Assembly: GCA_964621395.1 (NCBI GenBank)
Contig: CAZULS010000002.1
Coordinates: 87,306-151,305 of the forward strand
Source: an uncultured Candidatus Saccharibacteria bacterium
GTDB lineage: Bacteria > Patescibacteriota > Minisyncoccia > Phycocordibacterales > JACNGX01
Length of the DNA stretch: 64,000 nt
Direction of reading: 5' to 3'
Positions 44,778-53,327 of this stretch are shown here, in pieces. The position numbers and the translations under genes are program-made. The notes below the pieces were generated by a model, which searched no databases, had not been told where the DNA came from, and worked only from the letters and a program-made list of their open reading frames with translations. Every line of letters starts with the position of its first letter. Within the stretch, counting starts at the first letter, position 1.

Positions 44778-46238
44778 ATGCAGCGACACACATTCCATGA
44801 TATTCGTCCGAGGAGAGGGCAGACACAAAAGCCCAAGACCAAGGCGCCGATACAAAAAAGAAGGAGTGCGCCCCTCTCTCGTGCAAAAAAAGAAACTCCC
44901 ACAGCCCCCGTGCCTGCCGAGAGCGATTTCTTTTCATATGTAAAAGGTGAGAGAAAAAAATCTGAGACGAAGAAAAAAACACCACCCCTTGCACCGGTGC
45001 CCCCGCGCAAGCCCCTTTTTGATTCCAAGGAATTTACTCCTGTCGGTGCCGGGGGGCGCAAGGGGGGAGGTGCTCTTTGGTGGATAGGGACCGGTGTTGT
45101 CGTTGTTGTGGCGATTGTGCTTCTGGACATGTTTGCCGGTGCGACGGTGACCATCACTCCGCGACAAGAAACCGTATTCATTGACAACACATTTGCCGCT
45201 GCCGAGAAAATTGAGGAGGGAAGCGCGCAGCCGATTATTCCGTACCAAACGGCTGTGCTTTCAGTGGAAAAAGAACAGAACGTGCCTGCGGCGGGGGAAG
45301 AAGAAGTGGCGTATCGAGCAAGCGGACGCATCGTTGTGTACAATGCATATTCAGGAGCCGACCAAAGACTTGTGAAGCGCACGCGATTTGAAGACGGTGA
45401 GGGACGTATATATCGTATTGATGAATCAATTGTGGTGCCGGGGATGACAGAAATCGACGGAGAAGAGATTCCGGGATCAATCGAAGTGACGGTCTATGCC
45501 GACGAGCCGGGAGAAGAATACAATATCGGACTGTCTGATTTTACCGTTCCGGGTTTTAAAGATTCAGGATTGACAGAGCAGTATGAGAGTTTTTACGGAC
45601 GAAGTAAAACTCCCATGGAGGGAGGTTTTATCGGGACAATTAAAGTGCCGGAAGAAAAGGATCTTGCCTCGGCTCGGGCTGTGCTCGAATCAGATATTAC
45701 CCAAGCGCTTCAAGAGCAGCTTGAAACAGATGTGCCGGAAGGCTACGGAATTGTAGAGGGGAGTGAGCATATTCGTTTTGAGCATAGTGATCCGGTAGAG
45801 GTGAACGACAAAGAGGTTCGCCTTACGAGCAAGGGCTTTTTGCAAGTTGCCATTGTTGATGAGCGTGCACTCGCACAATTTATTGCACAGCAAAATGTGC
45901 TTGAATACACGGGGGAGGATGTCTTTCTCTTGAATGGCGAGGATGTATCGGTATCGAGTGAGCGCAGTGTGGTCTCTTTGGCGGAGAGTGAAGAAGAGCA
46001 ATTTACCATCACCCTTTCGGGATCGGCGCATGTGGTGTGGGATATTGATGCCTATGCCGTTCGCAACGACCTTCTCGGGCTTGAGCGAAGTATGTTTGAT
46101 ACGGAAATGACTGCGTATCTCGATATTACCGATGCGACGGCATCAATCCGCCCATTTTGGAAGAGCGCTTTCCCTGAAGAGCCGGAAGATATTCGCATTG
46201 TGCAGATGATCGGCGGGGAGAAGGTGGAAGATGAGTGA
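44778..46238 (+). CDS. hypothetical single-pass membrane protein with Pro/Lys-rich cytoplasmic N-terminus and large extracytoplasmic domain
   Basis: K/R/P-rich N-terminal 100 aa, one TM helix (WWIGTGVVVVVAIVLL) and ~380 aa of acidic extracytoplasmic sequence. Its 5' end overlaps the upstream actin-like gene, so the two are probably co-transcribed. Confidence 0.5.
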   Translation: MQRHTFHDIRPRRGQTQKPKTKAPIQKRRSAPLSRAKKETPTAPVPAESDFFSYVKGERKKSETKKKTPPLAPVPPRKPLFDSKEFTPVGAGGRKGGGALWWIGTGVVVVVAIVLLDMFAGATVTITPRQETVFIDNTFAAAEKIEEGSAQPIIPYQTAVLSVEKEQNVPAAGEEEVAYRASGRIVVYNAYSGADQRLVKRTRFEDGEGRIYRIDESIVVPGMTEIDGEEIPGSIEVTVYADEPGEEYNIGLSDFTVPGFKDSGLTEQYESFYGRSKTPMEGGFIGTIKVPEEKDLASARAVLESDITQALQEQLETDVPEGYGIVEGSEHIRFEHSDPVEVNDKEVRLTSKGFLQVAIVDERALAQFIAQQNVLEYTGEDVFLLNGEDVSVSSERSVVSLAESEEEQFTITLSGSAHVVWDIDAYAVRNDLLGLERSMFDTEMTAYLDITDATASIRPFWKSAFPEEPEDIRIVQMIGGEKVEDE

Positions 46239-46302
46239 ATTAAGAATTACGAATTATGCCTAGCCTGTGCCGAGCCACGGTCGGCCTAGGGAATAAAGAA
46301 TG

Positions 46303-46331
46303 AAAAGAGGCGCTCGCGCGCCTCTTTTTTT
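46303..46331 (+). terminator. Intrinsic terminator AAAGAGGCGCTCGCGCGCCTCTTTTTTT
   Basis: GC-rich perfect stem followed by T7. Confidence 0.7.
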
Positions 46332-46635
46332 GCAAAAACAAACAGCACGAAATGTGCTGGGAAAAATAACGTGTGAGACTGTTCAAGTAACAGGTAAGCA
46401 GGATGGCCCCTATTCCATCTCGCATGTCTTGCGGGCGCAAGACATCCTGTAATCCTGTAACAGCCTCACACAGAAAGAACTATCTCCGTCTACCTACTGC
46501 GAGTCTACACCAGGTTAATATTTTGTCAACCCCACTTCGCCAAGGCTTCGCGGGGTAAAAAAGGAGGGTAGTGAAAAAGAAAAAACGCATGTCCGTTGGG
46601 GTGGTTGGATCATGCGTTTTGCGTTTTTAGGAGGT

Positions 46636-47112
46636 TTAAGACCTCACGTGATATTTTTTGTTCAGGAACTCAAAGATGTCACCCTCTTTTTCTTCAAGCG
46701 TGCTTGGGTAGATCTCTGTGTTGTCAGGAGGATCAAGCCCCGGAGAGCGCTTTTTTCCTTTCATGCCGAAGATAGTAATTGTGTCTGAAATGTACATGTC
46801 GAGAGATTTGCGCCCTTTCTTTTCTCCGATAGAAACAAGGATTAAGTTAGAGGACCCCGGTCCGCTAGCCTCAAAGGAGAATGCAATGGGGATGTTATTG
46901 GTATCTGCCCATGATTGGAGATTACCAATAAACTTTCCGAAATAACGAAATGCATCGACGCATTTTTCGAGGTCTTCGGCGAGTTCTTCAAATGCATCTT
47001 CCAGAATTTCCCTCTCTGCCTTTTTATATTTTTCATATTCTTCTTTTAGCGCATCTTGCGCAGTGGAGAGGATAAAACCATCAACCTCTTTCAATGTTTT
47101 TTCTGTACCCAT
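46636..47112 (-). CDS. hypothetical protein (158 aa)
   Basis: Acidic helical N-terminal half with no recognisable family. A bidirectional terminator lies at ~46578..46625. Confidence 0.45.
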   Translation of the reverse strand: MGTEKTLKEVDGFILSTAQDALKEEYEKYKKAEREILEDAFEELAEDLEKCVDAFRYFGKFIGNLQSWADTNNIPIAFSFEASGPGSSNLILVSIGEKKGRKSLDMYISDTITIFGMKGKKRSPGLDPPDNTEIYPSTLEEKEGDIFEFLNKKYHVRS

Positions 47113-47278
47113 GGTATCATCTTTATTTTTGTTTAACCCAAAACACTATGTTTCGAGCAAAATACTGCTGATTACATATTATGGAATATATTGTTTTTGT
47201 CAAGCCCGCTTCGCTAAAGCTCTGCAGGGAGGGATGCGGACTATGATTCTTGTTTCGTAATTCTTCATTCTTGATTCT

Positions 47279-47354
47279 GAAAGAAATAATGCAAGCGCAG
47301 ATGTGATTTTTGCAATGTTGCAAAAATCACATCTGCGCTTGCATTATTTCTTTC
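47279..47354. promoter_or_regulatory. Perfect 37 bp inverted repeat (76 bp palindrome) GAAAGAAATAATGCAAGCGCAGATGTGATTTTTGCAA / TTGCAAAAATCACATCTGCGCTTGCATTATTTCTTTC, overlapping the infA promoter
   Basis: The right arm contains the -35 TTGCAT (47339..47344), followed by N16 and TATGAT (47361..47366), with the infA ATG at 47381. It lies in the divergent region between the 47112 and 47381 gene starts. Confidence 0.55.
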
Positions 47355-47380
47355 ATGTGCTATGATATGCGCCAATCGTA

Positions 47381-47599
47381 ATGGCACACGACGTTTCAGA
47401 ACAGAATACCGTGCAGGGCACCGTTTTGGAGTCGCTTCCGAATACGGAGTTTCGCGTCACGCTTGATTCGGGCGAGGAGACAATCGCCTTTTTGTCAGGA
47501 AAGATGCGGCTTCACCGTATCAAGGTGCTTGTGGGGGATCGAGTTGCTATGGTGGTTGATCCCTACGGTGGTAAAGCGCGTATCATGCGCCGTCTCTAA
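47381..47599 (+). CDS. infA: translation initiation factor IF-1
   Basis: S1-like OB fold, sequence [14 protein letters not shown]...GKMR...[10 protein letters not shown]. Confidence 0.9.
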   Translation: MAHDVSEQNTVQGTVLESLPNTEFRVTLDSGEETIAFLSGKMRLHRIKVLVGDRVAMVVDPYGGKARIMRRL

Positions 47600-47600
47600 T

Positions 47601-47714
47601 ATGAAAGTTAAAGCATCAGTCAAAAAAATCTGTTCGAAGTGTAAGACCGTCCGAAGAAAGGGACGTGTGTGGGTGGTGTGTGAAAATACTCGCCACAAAC
47701 AGCGCCAAGGCTAA
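47601..47714 (+). CDS. rpmJ: 50S ribosomal protein L36
   Basis: [37 protein letters not shown]. Zinc-ribbon CxxC...CxxxxH. Confidence 0.85.
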   Translation: MKVKASVKKICSKCKTVRRKGRVWVVCENTRHKQRQG

Positions 47715-47785
47715 ATATTTTTTTAATTTCCTCATTCTTAATCTCCCATTCTATTTTCTAACTCCTAATTTCTAACTTCTAAACT

Positions 47786-48163
47786 ATGCGAATCGCAGGT
47801 ATTACCATTCCAGAAGACAAGCGTATCGAAATCGGACTCACCGCTGTATATGGTGTCGGTCGTTCTCTTGCGCACGATATTCTCGACGAAGCAAAAGTTG
47901 AGTATGGTGCAAAGCCGAAAGATCTTTCCGAAGCACAGCAGTCAGCTATTCGCGATATTGTGACGGCACTAACCATCGAAGGTGATCTCAAGCGGGAAAC
48001 GGCGTCGAATGTAAAGCGCTTGAAGGATATCCAGTGTTATCGCGGTTCACGCCACGGACAGGGTTTACCGACTCGCGGTCAGCGCACAAAGACGAATGCC
48101 CGCACACGTAAAGGTCCGCGCAAGACGATGGGTTCCGGTAAGAAAAAGGTTGAGAAGAAGTAA
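47786..48163 (+). CDS. rpsM: 30S ribosomal protein S13
   Basis: MRIAGITIPEDKRIEIGLTAVYGVGR. Preceded by the TTCTAACTCCTAATTTCTAACTTCTAAACT (family J) array. Confidence 0.9.
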   Translation: MRIAGITIPEDKRIEIGLTAVYGVGRSLAHDILDEAKVEYGAKPKDLSEAQQSAIRDIVTALTIEGDLKRETASNVKRLKDIQCYRGSRHGQGLPTRGQRTKTNARTRKGPRKTMGSGKKKVEKK

Positions 48164-48190
48164 TATTCATGCTAGCATATTGGCTTGTAT

Positions 48191-48392
48191 AGTAAGAATC
48201 TTTCTTAGTAAAAATGGCTTGTTATCGCGCCCGACATGTGAGCGAGACGACGATGCGGAGTGTAAGGTATATAGACATATGACGCACGCGAGCATCAAGT
48301 CGCAGCCACATGTCGGGCGCGAGAACTGCCAAGCAACAGCTTTTGCGTTTATTATTTTTTATTTTGCGGTTTTTACTAAGATAGATTCTTGA
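48191..48392. repeat. Family E ~200 nt long-hairpin element, copy 1 (outer arms AGTAAGAATCTTTCTTAGTAAAA / TTTTACTAAGATAGATTCTTGA; inner perfect stem GCGCCCGACATGTG / CACATGTCGGGCGC)
   Basis: It occupies almost the whole rpsM-rpsK spacer. The core AATGGCTTGTTNTCGCGCCC is shared with copy 2. Confidence 0.6.
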
Positions 48393-48396
48393 TCCT

Positions 48397-48831
48397 ATGG
48401 GAAAAAAACGTGTCGCACAAAAGAAGGGAGGTACTGTTGACGCTGGGCTCCGCGCCCGCGCTCTTTCACGTGCGCCAAAGAAAAAGGTTGCCTCCGGTAT
48501 TCTCTGTGTGGAAGCAACATACAACAACACTCGCTTGACCCTCACTGATAAGGCGGGAAAAGTCTTGGCATGGAGCTCTTCCGGTGCCCTTGGATTCAAT
48601 GGTGCCAAAAAGGGAACACCGTTTGCCGCGGCAAAGATTGGTGAAGTGATCGCCGAGAAAGCGCTTATGATGGGTATGAAGGATGTATCGGTTGTGGTGA
48701 AAGGTGTTGGCATGGGACGTGAATCAGGCATTCGAGCATTTGCCGGAAAAGGTATCGACATCACAGCAATTTCCGATCGCACACCGGTACCGCATAATGG
48801 CCCGACACCGCGTAAGCCTCGTCGTGTATAA
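48397..48831 (+). CDS. rpsK: 30S ribosomal protein S11
   Basis: GILCVEATYNNTRLTLTD...GFNGAKKGTPFAA. Confidence 0.9.
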   Translation: MGKKRVAQKKGGTVDAGLRARALSRAPKKKVASGILCVEATYNNTRLTLTDKAGKVLAWSSSGALGFNGAKKGTPFAAAKIGEVIAEKALMMGMKDVSVVVKGVGMGRESGIRAFAGKGIDITAISDRTPVPHNGPTPRKPRRV

Positions 48832-48854
48832 TCCAGTATTTCAATTTCAGTATT

Positions 48855-49487
48855 ATGATGACCAATAGCAAATGTAAAATCTGTCGCCGTGCCGGTGAGA
48901 AGCTCTTCCTGAAAGGGGAGAAGTGTTTGACTGCAAAATGTACGCTTGTGAAAAAGCCGTATACTCCCGGACTGGCACAATCACAGCGTAAGCACCGCTC
49001 GATGGTGACTGAATTCGGTCGCCAGCTTAAAGATAAGCAGAAGGTGCGCAATATGTATGGCATGCGCGAGCGTCAGTTTGTGAATTATGTGCGCGAAGCA
49101 ATGAAGAAAGCGGGTAGTCCTGCAGAGAATCTTTTCGTGCTCCTTGAATCACGCGTGGACAATGTGGTCTTCCGCAGTGGCTTTGCCAATTCACGCTCAC
49201 TTGCTCGTCAGATGGTATCGCACGGACACATTACCGTAAATGGTCGCAAGATTGATATTCCATCATACACAATGAAGAAAGGGGATGTTATCGGTGTGCG
49301 CGAAGGAAGTATGAAGAGCCCGCTCTTTACCGATCTCGGGAAGAAGCTTGAGAAGCATTCTGCGCCGGTATGGGTGAAGCTTGACCCGAAGAAGGTACAC
49401 GCTGAGGTGATTGGCGCTCCGAAACTTGAAGAAGCGACGGATGCGGGTATTGATTTGCCGACAGTGATCGGGTTCTACAGTCGATAA
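48855..49487 (+). CDS. rpsD: 30S ribosomal protein S4
   Basis: N-terminal zinc-finger-like region CKICRRAGEKLFLKGEKC and an S4 domain. Confidence 0.9.
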   Translation: MMTNSKCKICRRAGEKLFLKGEKCLTAKCTLVKKPYTPGLAQSQRKHRSMVTEFGRQLKDKQKVRNMYGMRERQFVNYVREAMKKAGSPAENLFVLLESRVDNVVFRSGFANSRSLARQMVSHGHITVNGRKIDIPSYTMKKGDVIGVREGSMKSPLFTDLGKKLEKHSAPVWVKLDPKKVHAEVIGAPKLEEATDAGIDLPTVIGFYSR

Positions 49488-49496
49488 GCTATCCAC

Positions 49497-49725
49497 AGAG
49501 CCTGAAAAAGTGTTGCCTTTTCGAGAGTTTTGTGTTACACTTAGAATCTAATCAAGATTTCAACGCAAGAGGATAAAAATCCATGTTGCTTGCCGGCTGA
49601 AATGCCCATATCCCGGCTGCAAATCGTTCAAAGCGTCTCGAAGTACGACAGTACTCCTTCAACACTTTTCACGATTTTCGCTCGAGATATGAGCATTTCA
49701 CGCTCGACATGAAATCTTGCTCAGA
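49497..49725. mobile_element. Degenerate, inverted copy of MITE family D
   Basis: CCGGCTGCAAATCGTTCAAAGCGTCTCGAAGTACGACAGTACTCCTTCAACACTTTTCACGATTTTCGCTCG is the reverse complement of the family-D core. The termini are eroded. Confidence 0.5.
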
Positions 49726-49771
49726 TCCTTGTGTACGCGAAACGTAATCGCTGTTTTTCGTTTTATTCAAA

Positions 49772-49964
49772 GAACCGGTCTCACTGAAAATGGCTTGTTC
49801 TCGCGCCCACACTGCGAGCGAACCGACGTCGCGGAGACCATAACGTACTGTTTGTACGTTATGGTTGAGCGACAAGGTGCAGCCGCAGTGTGGGCGCGAG
49901 AACGGCGCATGCGCAGCTCCGGAATAAAATCTTCTTGTTTGAAGGTTTTCAGTGAGATTGGTTC
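49772..49964. repeat. Family E long-hairpin element, copy 2 (outer arms GAACCGGTCTCACTGAAAA / TTTTCAGTGAGATTGGTTC; inner stem CTCGCGCCCACACTGCG / CGCAGTGTGGGCGCGAG)
   Basis: The arms differ from copy 1 but remain perfectly self-complementary, i.e. compensatory change. It lies in the rpsD-rpoA spacer. Confidence 0.6.
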
Positions 49965-50044
49965 TATAAGTCGTTCAACCGACCGACACACATTTCTGTG
50001 TCGGTCGCGGTGGCGTATTTTATTATATTTTAAGCCCCATTTTT

Positions 50045-51013
50045 ATGCTAGATCACAGCGTCGTCCTCCCTTCCTCCCCACGTGTCGTATCCGAAGATGC
50101 GACAAAAGGCATCTATGAGATTGATGGTCTCTACACCGGATACGGACACACTCTCGGAAATTCGCTTCGTCGAATTATTCTTTCTTCGCTTCCCGGTTTT
50201 GCTATTACGTCGGTGAAAATCGCCGGTGTTCCGCATGAATTTTCCACCATTGATGGCGTCAAAGAAGACGTGATTGCATTGTTGCTCAATCTCAAAAAAG
50301 TACGATTGGCATTTGATGGAAGTGAATCACAGACATTTACCTGCACCCTGAAGGGTCCGAAGCCGGTAACAGCCGGCGATTTGAGCGTGCCGTCTCAGGT
50401 GCGTGTACTCAATCCCGAGCAGCACATTGCCGAGCTGACCGCTAAGGGTTCGTCTCTTGAAATTGAAATCACCGTGGAGAAAGGGCTCGGCTATGTTGCC
50501 AAAGAAGTGCATGCCGGCGGGAAGAACGATGTGGGTGTGATTGCGCTTGATGCAACGTTCACTCCGATTCGCCGTGCCAACTACGAAGTGGAAAACATGC
50601 GTGTTGGTGATCGTACCGATTACAATCGTTTGCGCATGGTGATTGAAACAGACGGCACACTCACACCGCGCGAAGCACTCGAGCGTTCCATTGTGGTGAT
50701 GATTGAGCAATTGAAAGCGATTGTTGGCTTCCAGGAAGAGGAACCGGAGGAAGAAGTTGCTGATGCACCGGAAGAGGGAGCTGAGGAAGAAAAAGGCGAG
50801 ACCGATGCAGATGCTTTGAAAACGCGCATCGAGTCTCTCGAAGAGCTTTCCAGCCGTACATCCAATGCGCTGCTGGAGGCAAGTATTCGCACCGTGGGCG
50901 GACTTGTGCGCAAGAGTGAAGAAGACCTTCTTGCTCTTGAGGGCGTGGGAGATAAGAGTGTGCAGGAAATTCGTCGCGCACTCGCAAACTTCGGCTTGAC
51001 TCTGAAGCAATAA
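50045..51013 (+). CDS. rpoA: DNA-directed RNA polymerase subunit alpha
   Basis: N-terminal dimerisation domain, acidic linker and C-terminal helix-hairpin-helix (LEELSSRTSNALLEASIRTVGGL). Confidence 0.9.
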   Translation: MLDHSVVLPSSPRVVSEDATKGIYEIDGLYTGYGHTLGNSLRRIILSSLPGFAITSVKIAGVPHEFSTIDGVKEDVIALLLNLKKVRLAFDGSESQTFTCTLKGPKPVTAGDLSVPSQVRVLNPEQHIAELTAKGSSLEIEITVEKGLGYVAKEVHAGGKNDVGVIALDATFTPIRRANYEVENMRVGDRTDYNRLRMVIETDGTLTPREALERSIVVMIEQLKAIVGFQEEEPEEEVADAPEEGAEEEKGETDADALKTRIESLEELSSRTSNALLEASIRTVGGLVRKSEEDLLALEGVGDKSVQEIRRALANFGLTLKQ

Positions 51014-51023
51014 TCCGTATACT

Positions 51024-51218
51024 GGAACCCACCTCATATTAAAACGCCAGAGAAAGGACTCACGCACTTCGTGCAACGGCTTGACAGTTCTCGCACCACA
51101 TATTCGGCTGCACCTTGTCTCTCAACCGCACCGCACGAGTAGTGCGGCACGGTCTCCGAGACATCTACGCTGCGAATATGTGACACGAGAACAAGTCATT
51201 TAATATGAGGCGGGTTCC
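51024..51218. repeat. Family F ~195 nt long-hairpin element, copy 1 (outer arms GGAACCCACCTCATATTAAA / TTTAATATGAGGCGGGTTCC)
   Basis: It fills the rpoA-rplQ spacer. Internal CACATATTCGGCTGCA...CCGCACGAGTAGTGCGG...GAATATGTG. The homolog is at 57418..57600. Confidence 0.6.
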
Positions 51219-51236
51219 GGAGCCTATTCCTAATGT

Positions 51237-51587
51237 ATGAAACATCACAGCAAACATCGAACACTTGGACGCGATAATGATCAGCGTAAAGCACTTTTGA
51301 AAGGCTTGGCTGTGTCTCTTGTGCGTGATGAAAAGATTATGACTACGGAAGCAAAGGCAAAGGAGCTCCGTCCGTTTATCGAAAAGCTCATTACACGTGC
51401 ATCAAAGGGAGATGTGGCTGCACGTCGTTTGCTCGTGTCACGCGTTGGCTCTGAGATTACTGCAGAGAAGCTCATGAAGGAGATTGCTCCGCGCTACGAA
51501 AACCGCGCCGGTGGATACACCCGTATTACCAAGATTGCTCCACGCAGCGGTGACGCAAGTCCGATGGCTGTTATTGAATTTGTATAA
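51237..51587 (+). CDS. rplQ: 50S ribosomal protein L17
   Basis: [24 protein letters not shown]. Confidence 0.9.
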   Translation: MKHHSKHRTLGRDNDQRKALLKGLAVSLVRDEKIMTTEAKAKELRPFIEKLITRASKGDVAARRLLVSRVGSEITAEKLMKEIAPRYENRAGGYTRITKIAPRSGDASPMAVIEFV

Positions 51588-51589
51588 TT

Positions 51590-51934
51590 ATGGAATACAC
51601 ACTTGATGCACAAGAAAAGAGCGTAGGACGTGTTGCAACCGAAGCGGCTATGGCGCTTATGGGAAAGAACACGTCGAGTTATAAGCCGAATGTTGCTCCG
51701 GATGTATCTGTGCGTATCGTGAATGCCTCAAAGGCGAATATCTCCGAGAAGAAGAAGGGAGAGAAGACATACGAGCGCTATTCCGGATATCCGGGAGGTC
51801 TCAAGTCTGCCACAATGGGAGAGGTGATTGAGAAGAAAGGATACGGAGAAATCTTCCGCATGGCGGTAAAAGGCATGCTTCCGAAGAATAAGCTCCAGGC
51901 GGTGATGATGAAGAATCTCACGGTTGAAGAGTAG
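51590..51934 (+). CDS. rplM: 50S ribosomal protein L13
   Basis: GRVATEAAMALMGK...YERYSGYPGGLK...AVKGMLPKN. Confidence 0.85.
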   Translation: MEYTLDAQEKSVGRVATEAAMALMGKNTSSYKPNVAPDVSVRIVNASKANISEKKKGEKTYERYSGYPGGLKSATMGEVIEKKGYGEIFRMAVKGMLPKNKLQAVMMKNLTVEE

Positions 51935-51939
51935 TCAAC

Positions 51940-51975
51940 GGGTACGAAGTACGAACCAATACGAACATACGAATA
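51940..51975. repeat. A-family left half-element GGGTACGAAGTACGAACCAATACGAACATACGAATAC (solo)
   Basis: Immediately after the rplM stop. There is no matching right arm. Confidence 0.55.
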
Positions 51976-52074
51976 CAGTGTTTAAGAAGTATTCACGTGT
52001 ATCGTTTTTCATACCACAGACGACAGCAATAGTTTCAGTTTAACGTCTATAGTTTATCGTTTTTATTTACTTTC

Positions 52075-52485
52075 ATGTCAGCAACTACAAGCAAAAATAC
52101 CTATATCGAAGCAGTGGGACGTCGAAAAACGGCAGTGGCACGCGTGCGTATCACTGAAAGTGCAAAGCCGTCGTTTACGGTCAACGGTCGTGAGCTCGCT
52201 GAATATTTCCCAACAGACGCTTTGAAGAAGATTGCTCAAGAGGCGATTGCAACATCCGGTCTTGCAACCAAGTTTGCCGTATCGGCGAAGGTGGTGGGAA
52301 GCGGCATTCACGCCCAGGCTGAGGCGGTGCGCCATGGACTCTCTCGTGCGCTTGTGAAGGTGGATGCTGAAACTCGTAAAGAGCTCAAACCGGCAGGATT
52401 TCTCAAGCGTGACCCGCGAAGTGTGGAACGAAAGAAATTCGGTCTCAAGAAAGCCCGCCGCGCATCACAGTGGTCTAAACGCTAA
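52075..52485 (+). CDS. rpsI: 30S ribosomal protein S9
   Basis: C-terminal GLKKARRASQWSKR. Preceded by the AGTTTATCGTTTTTATTTACTTTC motif. Confidence 0.9.
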   Translation: MSATTSKNTYIEAVGRRKTAVARVRITESAKPSFTVNGRELAEYFPTDALKKIAQEAIATSGLATKFAVSAKVVGSGIHAQAEAVRHGLSRALVKVDAETRKELKPAGFLKRDPRSVERKKFGLKKARRASQWSKR

Positions 52486-52592
52486 GCAAAGCTTAGCGTC
52501 GACCGAACATCCGGAGGATGTTTTAGGTCTAAACGCTAATATACATACTCAAACCAAAACCGCTCGCAGGGGCGGTTTTGCTGTATACAAAA

Positions 52593-52630
52593 ACGGGCGA
52601 AACAGCAGAGCTGTTTCGCCCGTTTTGGCA
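52593..52630 (+). terminator. Intrinsic terminator AACGGGCGAAACAGC-AGA-GCTGTTTCGCCCGTTTTGG
   Basis: 15 bp perfect stem followed by a T-run. It closes the r-protein operon. Confidence 0.7.
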
Positions 52631-52734
52631 CACACCCAGCTCCCCAAAAGCACCAACGTTGGGACAACGTTGTCCCAACGTTACCTATTTCTGATGAGGT
52701 TTTTGATGGGCAGGATGTGATATACTTTCAGTAT

Positions 52735-52893
52735 ATGAAACATGTGCGAAAAATTATAAAGAATGGGGCCGGCTCATACTATGTAAATGTGCCCAAGAAA
52801 GTGGTGAAGGAGCTTCGCTTGAAGGAGCGACAAAAGGTGACGGTGCGCGCTTCCGGCGCAAAAATTGTAATTGAGGACTGGAAAGAGAAGTAA
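52735..52893 (+). CDS. AbrB/MazE/SpoVT-family small DNA-binding protein (52 aa; below the ORF-track length cutoff)
   Basis: MKHVRKIIKNGAGSYYVNVPKKVVKELRLKERQKVTVRASGAKIVIEDWKEK is a swapped-hairpin AbrB-like motif. It has its own upstream TATACT box and downstream terminator. Confidence 0.55.
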   Translation: MKHVRKIIKNGAGSYYVNVPKKVVKELRLKERQKVTVRASGAKIVIEDWKEK

Positions 52894-52895
52894 AG

Positions 52896-52935
52896 AAAGC
52901 AGTGCGGGCATTTCATGCCCGCACTGCTTTTGTGT
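52896..52935 (+). terminator. Intrinsic terminator AGCAGTGCGGGCAT-TTC-ATGCCCGCACTGCTTTTGTG
   Basis: 14 bp perfect stem followed by a T-run. Confidence 0.7.
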
Positions 52936-53141
52936 GATAAAATATAGTCGATGGATATTGAGGATTTCAATACTTGCACCAATATATAATTTTAGATATA
53001 GTAATAATACCATCCACAACCAACCTTACCAAATGCATAAAATATATCCTGCCATTCAATATAACAAAAGCACCAATTATTCTATATGAGCAGTTTAAAA
53101 GACAGTTTAGTGAGGTTAGTTAGGATTGGTATAATATGGTT

Positions 53142-53327
53142 ATGAAGAACACACGCACCAAAACTAATTCAGGTCAATTCACCGCTAAGCGCTTTGACAC
53201 AAAGATGTCGACTATCGAAAAGACGTATAATGTTGATCTCGGCGTTCGTGGTGATATGAAGTTAGGGAATTATCTTAAGGAAAAAGGATATCCCTCCCTT
53301 TCAAAGATGTTAAAAGATGCATCGTGA
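53142..53327 (+). CDS. hypothetical small protein (61-63 aa), first gene of an AT-rich two-gene module
   Basis: TATAAT at 53130..53135 puts the transcription start at or next to the ATG, i.e. a leaderless mRNA. Basic, and the C-terminus may be helix-turn-helix-like. Its last 11 nt overlap the start of the next gene. Confidence 0.4.
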   Translation: MKNTRTKTNSGQFTAKRFDTKMSTIEKTYNVDLGVRGDMKLGNYLKEKGYPSLSKMLKDAS

